A DNA stretch of 64,000 bases from Candidatus Latescibacterota bacterium (GTDB lineage Bacteria > Latescibacterota > UBA2968). Location of the stretch: contig OZ244960.1 of NCBI GenBank assembly GCA_965222605.1, forward strand, positions 416,001 to 480,000, given 5' to 3'. The position numbers were made by a program, and so were the translations under genes. Each line of letters begins with the position of its first letter. Within the stretch, counting starts at the first letter, position 1. The notes beneath the pieces are model-generated. The model saw only the letters and a program-made list of their open reading frames with translations, had not been told where the DNA came from and did no database searches. Below are positions 19,519 to 28,784 of the stretch, in pieces.

Positions 19519-21819
19519 TCACTTAACAGGATATCCTAAATCCTTTAAGATAGCCTTAGAAAACTCTGTAACAATATCTGCAGACAGGTAAAACTTCTGC
19601 GTAGGGTTACTATCAAGCCTAGTATCATATTCTCTATTCCAGGTTCCTCTCATAGACATTATATCACGAGGAACACCTAGATGAGTGCCATTACGATGAA
19701 GAGGTATTCCTGAAGCGTCTACCCAATTACCTCTTACAAGATAATTATCACTACTAAGACTAGACTGAGTAGTGATATCTCGATCTCCAATATAAGAATC
19801 TCCTGGCGAGTATCTCCATGATACGTAGAGCATCCAATAGTGATCTGAAGAACGATTAGATCCAGAATAACCGTTAATATAAGAATTAAACACTTCTTTG
19901 CTAGCAGGACCAACAAATATCCTGTCAAAGTATAAATCTTTTGCCTCTATCTTCCAACGGTTCCTACTATGGCCGTCAATAGCAGGCTCATCGCCAGATG
20001 AAGGAAGACTACCTGGATCTAATGGTTTATGTATAGCTATACCATGAGATACTTTATCCTCAGACAAGTATTGAGTATTAGCATCCCAAAGCCCTTTGTG
20101 ATTATCTCCGTAGTAACCTACAATATCCTCAACATAACGGTTCCAAATCGGATGACCATTGTGACCGGTATCACCAATACCTAAAACATGACCTATTTCA
20201 TGTTTGGCTACCCAAAACTGATCAACAAGTGATTTTGATGCAATACTTATTACACCAACAGCGGTTGGTCCACTGTCTCGCCACTCATAACCTAAAGCAG
20301 AACCTCCAACATTTGATTCCATTTCAGAAACGACATATACTAACAAATCGTCAACCTCTCGATCCTCTGGCAAGATAGTTATCGTCTTACCAGAATAACG
20401 TATCTTAGACCTCTGTAAGGTATGACCAGGAACTCCTCTTGAGAAAACCCGCTCCCAGAAGTTGTTTACACGCCCACGTATTAAGGTAGAATCAGGAAAA
20501 TCGGACTTGTCAACAAATACTAACTTTATATCAAAAGTATTATCAAAGTCAGAACCTCCTGGATTGTCAGGAGGAGTAGTATTGGTAGAAGTAACAACTT
20601 TAACAGAACTTCTACCTGTATTGACATCTGATGAACGAGGAGTATTAGAGGAACGAGGAGTATTAGAGGAACGAGGAGTATTAGAAGAACCTCTACCTGA
20701 ATATAAAGAGTTAGGATTTAAAAAACCACAATGCTCACCATAAAAACACAACGTATCACTACTCGCTATCACACCGTAATAACCCTTACCATGTTCCTCT
20801 AACTGACTATCTACTATCTCACGATGAACATAAAATGTACCGTCATAAACATAATTCTCATCCGAATTAGAACGACCGTTAAGTGTACGAATAAATACCG
20901 CATACGGACCCTCACTACCCTTAACACCATATCCCCACTCCGGCTCCTCCGTATCAAAATCATCAAACTCTATCGTGCCACGATAACTACCTCGCGGTAT
21001 CAATACCTTACGAACAGTACCATGATTCGCATTCCTGAAAACTAAACCAATATCCAAATCATGAGTAGCAGGAAACGGAATACTTACCTCAATCTCTGAA
21101 GGGTGAGCAATAGACTCATTAACACTGTCCAACCGACGCAAATTAAAACGAATAGGAAACTCCTCTCCCGGATTATTCTGCAAATGTACCGCCCGCAAAC
21201 TATCTAAACTGTAAAATATACTATCCGCCAATACCGATATATTGTTCCTGTTCAAAAATAGCTTCTTCACACTACTCAACCCACCAAAAGAATAAATATC
21301 TATATGCTCCAAACCATTATCCTCTAAACGCAATACCCGAACACTATCAAATCCAACAAAATCACCCCGACGCAACGAAATTATACCCAAATTACGCAAA
21401 TCTAATGTATCTCGAAAACTATTTAAATCATTTAACGTAACATCACCGCACGCCTTGTCACCACCCAAAATACGCAATACCTCCGTCTCTATCTCCGAAG
21501 TACGACCACAAAAAGAAAAATCTTCCTCATTATCAATATTATCTCCAAAATAATTATACAACATCATAAAATCCTCATTGTCAATCTTACCATCACTATT
21601 CAAATCAAACTTCGCATCATACTTATCGTCACCTTCAGAACTCGGATAAACATTAGAAAAAGCAAAAAAATCCTCTATCCCTACTATACCATTGCCATCA
21701 AAATCAGCCGATTTATTTTCCTCAACCGTTTGCTCATTATCCTGGTCATCCTGACTATGAACAAACACAGAAACCCCTAATACGAAAAGAATACAAAAAG
21801 TAAAAATTCTTGAAAACAT
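19519..21819 (-). CDS. Secreted protein with dockerin-like/EF-hand pair, LRRs and an HEXXH zinc metalloprotease domain
   Basis: Signal peptide, DFDGNGIVG...DLNSDGKID, LRRs, AKHEIGHVLGIG; AGGAG RBS; AT-rich. Confidence 0.8.
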   Translation of the reverse strand: MFSRIFTFCILFVLGVSVFVHSQDDQDNEQTVEENKSADFDGNGIVGIEDFFAFSNVYPSSEGDDKYDAKFDLNSDGKIDNEDFMMLYNYFGDNIDNEEDFSFCGRTSEIETEVLRILGGDKACGDVTLNDLNSFRDTLDLRNLGIISLRRGDFVGFDSVRVLRLEDNGLEHIDIYSFGGLSSVKKLFLNRNNISVLADSIFYSLDSLRAVHLQNNPGEEFPIRFNLRRLDSVNESIAHPSEIEVSIPFPATHDLDIGLVFRNANHGTVRKVLIPRGSYRGTIEFDDFDTEEPEWGYGVKGSEGPYAVFIRTLNGRSNSDENYVYDGTFYVHREIVDSQLEEHGKGYYGVIASSDTLCFYGEHCGFLNPNSLYSGRGSSNTPRSSNTPRSSNTPRSSDVNTGRSSVKVVTSTNTTPPDNPGGSDFDNTFDIKLVFVDKSDFPDSTLIRGRVNNFWERVFSRGVPGHTLQRSKIRYSGKTITILPEDREVDDLLVYVVSEMESNVGGSALGYEWRDSGPTAVGVISIASKSLVDQFWVAKHEIGHVLGIGDTGHNGHPIWNRYVEDIVGYYGDNHKGLWDANTQYLSEDKVSHGIAIHKPLDPGSLPSSGDEPAIDGHSRNRWKIEAKDLYFDRIFVGPASKEVFNSYINGYSGSNRSSDHYWMLYVSWRYSPGDSYIGDRDITTQSSLSSDNYLVRGNWVDASGIPLHRNGTHLGVPRDIMSMRGTWNREYDTRLDSNPTQKFYLSADIVTEFSKAILKDLGYPVK
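20633..20690 (-). repeat. 18-bp tandem repeat x3 encoding SSNTPR linker
   Basis: GAACGAGGAGTATTAGAG repeated. Confidence 0.85.
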
Positions 21820-21867
21820 ATTTAACTCCTTATAAAGTGGGCTTGACCGTTTCATTATCAAACGTTT

Positions 21868-22769
21868 TTAGGGTCGAAAATTCTGTAAAAAGGTAGCCCC
21901 GTGATAGGGGTCAGAGATTTTATTTTAAGTACGTCATGTCCAGATATCGTCTGCCTGATATCCACTCGTCAGACCACTCCATACACAAGGCCCCGATCAG
22001 GCGTTCACATGCTTGCTCGTTAGGGAAGATCTGGACCACATCAGCACGTCTTCGGGGTCCACTCCCTGCGATCCCACTGACGATTAAGACGCCTTCAGAG
22101 ACGACCTGCCCAGCAGATCGGATGTAGAGATAGGTCGCATCAATGATCAGATAAGGGTATGCCTGTTCAAGGGGTCGCTCGCGCCAGGCTTTTATGTCTG
22201 CATCTATTTCTTGACACAAGTCAGAGACCTGAGACTTTGAAAAGGAGGTACCACACAACTGTTCTGTGATCTTGGATACTTTGCGTGTGGAGACACCTTG
22301 CAGATACGCCTCTTGAAGGGCAAGAATGAGTGCTTTTTCACTGCGTTGAAAGCGTGCAAATAACCCACTGTGGAATCGCCCTTCCCGATCTTGAGGGACG
22401 CTCAGTTCGATACGGCCAACGCGCGTTTTGACAATCCGAGGTTTATATCCGTTACGGTATCCTGTACGATCTTCGGTTCTTTGATAGGGTTCTGCTTGTA
22501 AAAATGTGGCGATCTCGGCTTCGAGAAACTGCTGCAGGTAGCGGGTCACGATCTGATTGAGAAAATCAGGATCATTCAAAAGTGCGAAACGATGTACAAC
22601 TGGTCGCAGTCCAGATCAGTTCATTGCTCTGGCGCGGCAATTTTAATATCTTTGGGGTAAGTCATCGTAGCCTCCAAGTTGGGGTTAGAATACGTGTCAC
22701 CCCTATTTTAAGATTTTTCTCGGAGCTACGGTGACTTTTTCAATTTTACAGAAATATATGGACGCTATC
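21868..22769 (-). mobile_element. Internally deleted IS256-family element
   Basis: GYRNGY, VPQDREG, GVSTRKV, YPYLIIDA joined directly to C-terminal IFPNEQACERL; ends share TTCTGTAAAA inverted. Confidence 0.85.
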
Positions 22770-23413
22770 CGCTAAATACTGATCTATTCGGGTTTCATCG
22801 TCTGTTTCGGTGTTCTTATTCGCCTTTGTGACAGTCGTTTTTTGCGCCTTCTTGGTGTCCGCTTTAGGTGCGGTTTGAGCAACGGAGAGGGTAAAACCCG
22901 TGTTTTTGTCCACATCCAAAAGCGCAATTCCCAAGATTTCTAAGCCCTTTTCTCGACGCGACTGGCAGCCATTCCAAAAGTGATCCAGGCCATAGGTCTT
23001 TTTGCCTGACTTGGGCACAAAGGACGCATCTAAGACCAGGATACGTGCAGGTGCTTGGTCTTGGTCTTGGTCTTGGTCTATGCTTTCATTGATGATGGCG
23101 CGGTTGAAATCCATAAATCGAAAGGGCTTGTCAAACTGACGGGTGTATGTGCGTTCGCAAAGGTGGGAATACCGTGACAGGTTACGAAAATTGATTTTAC
23201 CCCGTGCAATCAGTATGGTCGTAAATAGGGTCATGAGAAACTTTTTTTGGGGCTTGGAAATGTTGAGCCGATTGAGTATCTTTTCTGCGATTGCCATTGT
23301 GCCGTCTCACTCGTTTGGGTTGTCAGTGATTTGGAACATCTTTGACATCTAATCTGAGTGAACGGCACTTTTTTGTCAATCCTTTAGATCATAAAAACTG
23401 TCCGAAGTATTGA
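22770..23413 (-). pseudogene. Truncated DDE transposase (IS4/IS701-like), copy 2, cut by IS256
   Basis: Near-identical to 18986-19446. Confidence 0.8.
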
Positions 23414-23457
23414 TAATAATAATAAACAAGTCCGGAAGGTGATAAATCCCAAACTAC

Positions 23458-24759
23458 CTACCTGTTACTCACCCTCCAAGCGGCCATTTCTATATGAGCA
23501 TTTCTTGCTACGACGTATTTACCATCTGGACTGAAAGCAACTACATCATTGCGACTACCAAGAGAGTATATCTCATCAGTAACAAACTCAATCGTAAATT
23601 CCTGCTGCCCAATTGGGTTCTTTAACTTCACCATTGCCAATGCCTGGCGATATCCCGGATCTATTGAGAGATAACCTGTCTTAGTAACCCTATCCCAATT
23701 GTTGAAAAGACTACGGGCATCATCTCTATTGATCTCCAGCCTTCTGTTATAACTCTGGCTTTCTCCGTTGAGGGTTACCTCAAAAGTAACGGGGAAGTAT
23801 TCCTCATTGGCATTGTATGTATCCAGTGTCACTGTAATGTCGTTCGTTCGAAAAACTCTGCGATACAATTGCCCGATTTGGGCTTGCTTATCCTTAAATC
23901 CGTAGCGTTCTCGAAGCTCCCGACGAGCCTTTGCCTCTATGGAATCCAATTGGTTTAAACGAGCCGCATATTGTTCATCGGATTCAAACTGATCTTTGGG
24001 GCCGCTAAGTCGGTGATTTTCTCGCTTTTCAGCGATCTCTTGCTCAATCTGTTCAAGTTCAGCCTTAAGGGTTTGTATTTGAGCAACGGTGTCGTCAAAC
24101 GTATTCCCACCTTCAACAGTAACGCGGACCCCTGAGGAACAGTTATTTTGTGTATTGCTCTCTCCACTCACGCTTTCCACACAAGCACCGTAGTAATAGA
24201 AACCAGCAGTATTTGGTGCTTTCAAGCTGATTGACTCAGAACTGGTGTCAGAAGCCGATATACTCCCCACCGCGTCGTCACCTGCTGACGTGTCGTTGAT
24301 CGTAATTGTCGCGTCGGTCGAGCGATAATAGCGCAAGGTCGTAGCCTCAGACTGACCATTGCCCTGGTTGCGGACCGTTGCCCGCAGGGTAAAGGATTGT
24401 CCTGGCGTCAAGGTGTCATCACTTACCGAAGGCGATTCAACAATCAGGTCCGGACTACCACTGCCACCGCCACCACCGCCGCTAGTGGTCGGCACCTCTT
24501 TGCCGAAGTTATCGATAAAGATCAGAAAATCCGGAATCCCAATCACACCATTGCTATCCAGATCATACTTCGCTTGATATGTCCCATCGCCCTGGCTTGA
24601 TCCGAACTGATTTACAAATAACAAAAAGTCGGGAATACCAACCACACCATCCCCATCAAAGTCCGAAGAAGGTGTCACAGAGCCAGGTTGTAATTCGACG
24701 CGAGCAGCCAGCGTCACGGTCTCTAATTGCCCACTCCGGCCAATTACACCACGCACCAA
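23458..24759 (-). CDS. Dockerin-like + CARDB/Ig-like + coiled-coil protein, ending at the start of a WD40 repeat (probably truncated)
   Basis: DFDGDGVVGIPDF pair; PDLIVESPSVS...TVRNQG...ESNTQNN; VAFSPDGKY just before the stop and an IS end; no clean signal peptide. Confidence 0.65.
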   Translation of the reverse strand: MVRGVIGRSGQLETVTLAARVELQPGSVTPSSDFDGDGVVGIPDFLLFVNQFGSSQGDGTYQAKYDLDSNGVIGIPDFLIFIDNFGKEVPTTSGGGGGGSGSPDLIVESPSVSDDTLTPGQSFTLRATVRNQGNGQSEATTLRYYRSTDATITINDTSAGDDAVGSISASDTSSESISLKAPNTAGFYYYGACVESVSGESNTQNNCSSGVRVTVEGGNTFDDTVAQIQTLKAELEQIEQEIAEKRENHRLSGPKDQFESDEQYAARLNQLDSIEAKARRELRERYGFKDKQAQIGQLYRRVFRTNDITVTLDTYNANEEYFPVTFEVTLNGESQSYNRRLEINRDDARSLFNNWDRVTKTGYLSIDPGYRQALAMVKLKNPIGQQEFTIEFVTDEIYSLGSRNDVVAFSPDGKYVVARNAHIEMAAWRVSNR

Positions 24760-24875
24760 CCAAATCGCTGTGCCTATACGCGGCGCAGTCGTCGGAGATA
24801 GCCATAGCCCCAGTGAAGGTCTTGTACTTCATACCGTTCATCGCCCTAACGGGACTTAGACTTAATTTTATTAAC

Positions 24876-25075
24876 GCAAAAAGCGTGCCAATGTGAGCGT
24901 TTTTCCAGAAATTTTATTCGTGAAGGGGCGTAAAGAGTTGTTTTACATAAAGAAAAAGAGCTAATCTGACTATATTATATCGTCGCAGAATAGTCGGATT
25001 GGCTCTTTTGCAAGACCTTATATGGTCTTAAAAGACGTACTATAGTCTCAATGGTCCCGAGAGTATAGTACATCC
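24876..25075 (-). promoter_or_regulatory. Enhancer/IHF-like/sigma54 promoter cassette, copy 1
   Basis: TGGCACGCTTTTTGC (24890-24876); palindrome arms at 24959-24973 and 24990-25004; inverted homolog of 28530-28720. Confidence 0.8.
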
Positions 25076-25130
25076 TTAGGTTCTTTCTATGACCAGGCCA
25101 CTTGAGCGCACGGGCAAGGAAAAAAATAAG

Positions 25131-25170
25131 AAAGCCCGTCAATCGATAGTGATCGACGGGCTTTTATTTG
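25131..25170. terminator. Terminator hairpin after the sigma54 activator
   Basis: AAAGCCCGTC...GACGGGCTTT with A/T flanks. Confidence 0.7.
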
Positions 25171-25212
25171 TACTCGAGGTGAGCAGAGGGGTATAATTAC
25201 GATAGCAGTTTA

Positions 25213-28200
25213 TCAGCGATGGTTTAGTTTGATGCCCAGTCTTTTCATTTTCCCATACAGCGTAGAAGGCGGTACGCTTAGCAGCTTCGCCGCGCCCCTG
25301 GGTCCCTTTATCAGATAGTTCGTGGCTTCGAGCGCGTCGAGGATGTAGCGGCGTTCAAATTCATCCAAAGGCACGAATTCGCGGTCATGAGGAGCCGATA
25401 AGGTCTGCCTCTCAGGACCTGTATCTTTGATTCGAGAACCATACAGTCCCAGATTCCCCTTTCTGATTTGAGAATCAGGACACAAAACCACTGCCCGCTG
25501 TATGGTATGCTCCAATTCCCGCACATTCCCAGGCCAATCGTAGCTTTGCAACACCTCGATAATTTCTGCCGTCAAGGGGGCAATTTGCTTGCCTATATGC
25601 CCTGCCATGCGATCCTTGAAAAACTCGGCCAACTCAAGTATATCCTCCTTGCGCTCGCGCAGGGGCGGCAGATACATCGGAAAGGCATTGAGGCGGTAAT
25701 ACAGATCCTCCCGAAAATCACCTGCACTGACCATCTCCTCAAGGTTGCGATTCGTCGCTGCCACAATCCGCGTCTTTGCCGTCAGCGTCTCACTGCTTCC
25801 AATTCGCTCAAACGTGCCCTCTTCCAGCAAGCGCAACAGCTTGACCTGCGTTTCCACAGCCATATCGCCGATCTCATCTAAAAAGAGCGTACCACCCTCC
25901 GCCAGTTCCACCCTGCCCAGCCTGTGGAAAACTGCGCCGGTAAAAGCCCCTCTCTCGTGACCAAACAGTTCACTATCGATCAACGCTCCGGGCAATGCGC
26001 CGCAACTAACCTCGATAAAAGGCCCATCGCTATAGGCACTCAGCGCGTGTAGTGTCCGAGCAGCCAGGCCCTTACCCACACCTGTCTCGCCTATAATTAG
26101 CACGGTCATATTGGTAGATGCAATTTTTTCAAGATTGATTTGAAATTGGCGCAGAGCCGCGCTGTGACCGATAAACTTCTGGCTTTCTCGACGGTTAATT
26201 ACGTCCGTCAATGCTTCGATACGCGGGTCAGGCGCTACCGAGATTTGCACCTGTGCCATTTCCGAATAATTGAGGTCGCGATCTATCGCCTTGACCTGAA
26301 AGGTGTATTCTCCCGGCAACAAGTCCCGGTAAAAGGCCCGCATCCTTCGGGTTGCAGGCTGCCAATCGGCATCATAGCCATTCAGGCGATAGATGTAGAG
26401 CATGTCGCTGGGATGGGTGGAAAAACTCAGGCCCTTGTACTCGAAAATCACCTGCTGTCCTGCCGTAGCTACGATGGCTTCCTCCGGATTCTCATATTCT
26501 TGATCAGCGATCACCTGAAGCAGGCGAATCCGGGGTGGGATCTTTTGTTGCCGATAGCGCACCAGAGAATTTTGGACTGTACCAAACCAGAAGGCTCCAT
26601 CACGATCTTCGAGTATCCGACAAACCGGTCCTATATGCGATGAGTTGATGGTCTGGAAAACCTGACTATCGTAGTGAGCCAGGCCCCCGTCTGTGCCAAT
26701 CCAGAGGTGCCCTTGCCGATCTTCGAGCAAGCAACGGATGCGACTGCTCGGCAAACCGTCTTCCGTCGTGAAGGTCTGGAAGGTACTGCCATCAAAGCAA
26801 CAAAGACCACTCAGAGTAGCGATCCACAGGTTTCCATGGCGGTCTTCTATAAGATCTGTGACCCTGTCGTCGATCAGCCCGTCTTCAATCCCATAAAATT
26901 GGAGCCCATCTTCGGGATGCCAGCGCGCGAAGCCCTTGTAGGTGTAAGATGCCTTATGGTAGGCCAGATGGAACCATACCTCGCCGTTGCGCCCAACAAT
27001 CACAGTGCTAATGCGGTTGAAAGGCTCTTTCTCCTCCTGCTCCACAAAAATGGTTTGGAACGCCTCGCCATGCTGGTAAATGAGTTTTAATGGACTGGCA
27101 AAAAGGTCTCTTCTTTTTTTTATGCCATTTTCCCAATATCCCAAAACGAATCGCCCTTGTGAGTCCTGGGTGATTGCACAAACTCCCCCTTCGCTTAAAT
27201 CCGCGACTGATTCTATTTTTTTTAGCTTCTTCCCATCGTAGCAGAATAAGCCATTGCCGCCGCCGAACCACAGATGCTCGTCCTGGTCCTCGTAGATAGA
27301 AAAACAGTTGTTGATATCCAGGTTATCCTCTGTGCCTACAAAGGCAAATTCCTCGCCATTGAAGCGAAAAAGGCTGTACGTCAGATGGTTGAGAAAAGGA
27401 TCGGCATACCCGACCCATATATCACCTCGCCGGTCTTGCACGATCTGCGAGATATCCCGCATTTTTGATAACTCCCCATTGGGCCCCTTGATTTCGAAAA
27501 CACTGGTACTATGTGCATCGTAAAGACCGACGCCACCCCAGGTGGCGAACCAATACTGATGATTGCGATCTTGGAACACGGCTTTGATTGCGAGATGGGG
27601 CAGGCCATCTGCCTGGGTAAACCTGCTGAATCCATCACCATCCTGATAGAGCACTTCCATTGAAGTGCTAAACCACATCCGACCTTCTCGATCACACTGA
27701 ATTTTGCGCAATGGACCACCAAAATCTATCTGAACAGCCTGGAAGTTGCCGTCGGTATAGCACCAGAGTTTGCTCTCTTGTCTGCGCTGACCAAACCACA
27801 CCTTGCCGGTATGGTCCCGACCAACAGCATAGCTCGTCGAGCGTGGAGGAAAACCCTCTTTCTCATCATATCGGTGAAAGGATACGCCATCAAAGCGGAT
27901 GAGATAGTCAAAACCAAACCACAGGTGACCTTCAGGATCCTGAGTAATGCCCCGACACTGGTTGGGCCAGGAAGGAGAAGGAGGCTCCTCGTAGTGCTGA
28001 AGATAGAGTGGGATCAGGTCGTGGAACACAATGCCGTCGTAATATCCCAGAGTGCGGTGACCACCACACCATATACGCCCTTCACGGTCTTCGTAAATGA
28101 ACTGCACTGCGCGGCCTGCGATCCCCTCGTCCTCCAAATGGTGGAAATCTGTCCCATCATACCAGCAGACACCATCTAATGTACCGAACCACAACCGATT

Positions 28201-28425
28201 TTGACTGTCCTGAAAAACAAAATAAACGCGGTCACTAACAAGACCATCCCGTCGCGTAAAATTCTGGAACTCGTCCCCATCAAAGCGGCTGACCCCATTG
28301 TCCCATATGGCGAACCAGAGATAACCCTCGTTATCCTCGGCAATGTGTTCAATGCGCACCCCGGCCAGGCCGTCGGCCATAGAATAAGTCCGCCAGGTGC
28401 CCGTGCGGTCAAGCGATTTGATCAT
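25213..28425 (-). CDS. Sigma54-dependent enhancer-binding protein with N-terminal regulator beta-propellers and a Y_Y_Y domain
   Basis: Many EDxxGxLWxGT repeats; YIYRLNGYD...PGEYTFQVKA; GETGVGK, GAFTGA, FLDEIG, WPGNVREL; Fis-type HTH. Confidence 0.93.
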   Translation of the reverse strand: MIKSLDRTGTWRTYSMADGLAGVRIEHIAEDNEGYLWFAIWDNGVSRFDGDEFQNFTRRDGLVSDRVYFVFQDSQNRLWFGTLDGVCWYDGTDFHHLEDEGIAGRAVQFIYEDREGRIWCGGHRTLGYYDGIVFHDLIPLYLQHYEEPPSPSWPNQCRGITQDPEGHLWFGFDYLIRFDGVSFHRYDEKEGFPPRSTSYAVGRDHTGKVWFGQRRQESKLWCYTDGNFQAVQIDFGGPLRKIQCDREGRMWFSTSMEVLYQDGDGFSRFTQADGLPHLAIKAVFQDRNHQYWFATWGGVGLYDAHSTSVFEIKGPNGELSKMRDISQIVQDRRGDIWVGYADPFLNHLTYSLFRFNGEEFAFVGTEDNLDINNCFSIYEDQDEHLWFGGGNGLFCYDGKKLKKIESVADLSEGGVCAITQDSQGRFVLGYWENGIKKRRDLFASPLKLIYQHGEAFQTIFVEQEEKEPFNRISTVIVGRNGEVWFHLAYHKASYTYKGFARWHPEDGLQFYGIEDGLIDDRVTDLIEDRHGNLWIATLSGLCCFDGSTFQTFTTEDGLPSSRIRCLLEDRQGHLWIGTDGGLAHYDSQVFQTINSSHIGPVCRILEDRDGAFWFGTVQNSLVRYRQQKIPPRIRLLQVIADQEYENPEEAIVATAGQQVIFEYKGLSFSTHPSDMLYIYRLNGYDADWQPATRRMRAFYRDLLPGEYTFQVKAIDRDLNYSEMAQVQISVAPDPRIEALTDVINRRESQKFIGHSAALRQFQINLEKIASTNMTVLIIGETGVGKGLAARTLHALSAYSDGPFIEVSCGALPGALIDSELFGHERGAFTGAVFHRLGRVELAEGGTLFLDEIGDMAVETQVKLLRLLEEGTFERIGSSETLTAKTRIVAATNRNLEEMVSAGDFREDLYYRLNAFPMYLPPLRERKEDILELAEFFKDRMAGHIGKQIAPLTAEIIEVLQSYDWPGNVRELEHTIQRAVVLCPDSQIRKGNLGLYGSRIKDTGPERQTLSAPHDREFVPLDEFERRYILDALEATNYLIKGPRGAAKLLSVPPSTLYGKMKRLGIKLNHR

Positions 28426-28529
28426 AGAAAGAACCTTGTGATATGGGTAAAAAGTGGATTCAAAAATTGAATCTCACACTTGCAAAAGAAACATAATATT
28501 GTATCTCACGCGTGCAAAGAAAAATATGA

Positions 28530-28720
28530 AGGGTGTAATAATCTCGGGACTATTGAGACCATAATACGTCTTTTAAGACTTTATAAAGTCTTGTGTAAGA
28601 GCCAATCCGACTATTCTGCGACGATATGATATAGTCAGATTGGCTATTTTTCTTTTTAAAAACAACCCTTTATAGATATAATGGCCTGGAACAACGATCA
28701 CATTGGCACACTTTTTGCAT
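28530..28720 (+). promoter_or_regulatory. Enhancer/IHF-like/sigma54 promoter cassette, copy 2
   Basis: TGGCACACTTTTTGC (28704-28718); palindromes at 28575-28592 and 28600-28645. Confidence 0.8.
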
Positions 28721-28784
28721 GTAAACTAATGTTCAAGTCTCGTCAGATGGAATTGACCAATTTTGGGTAACATTTATTGAAGGA

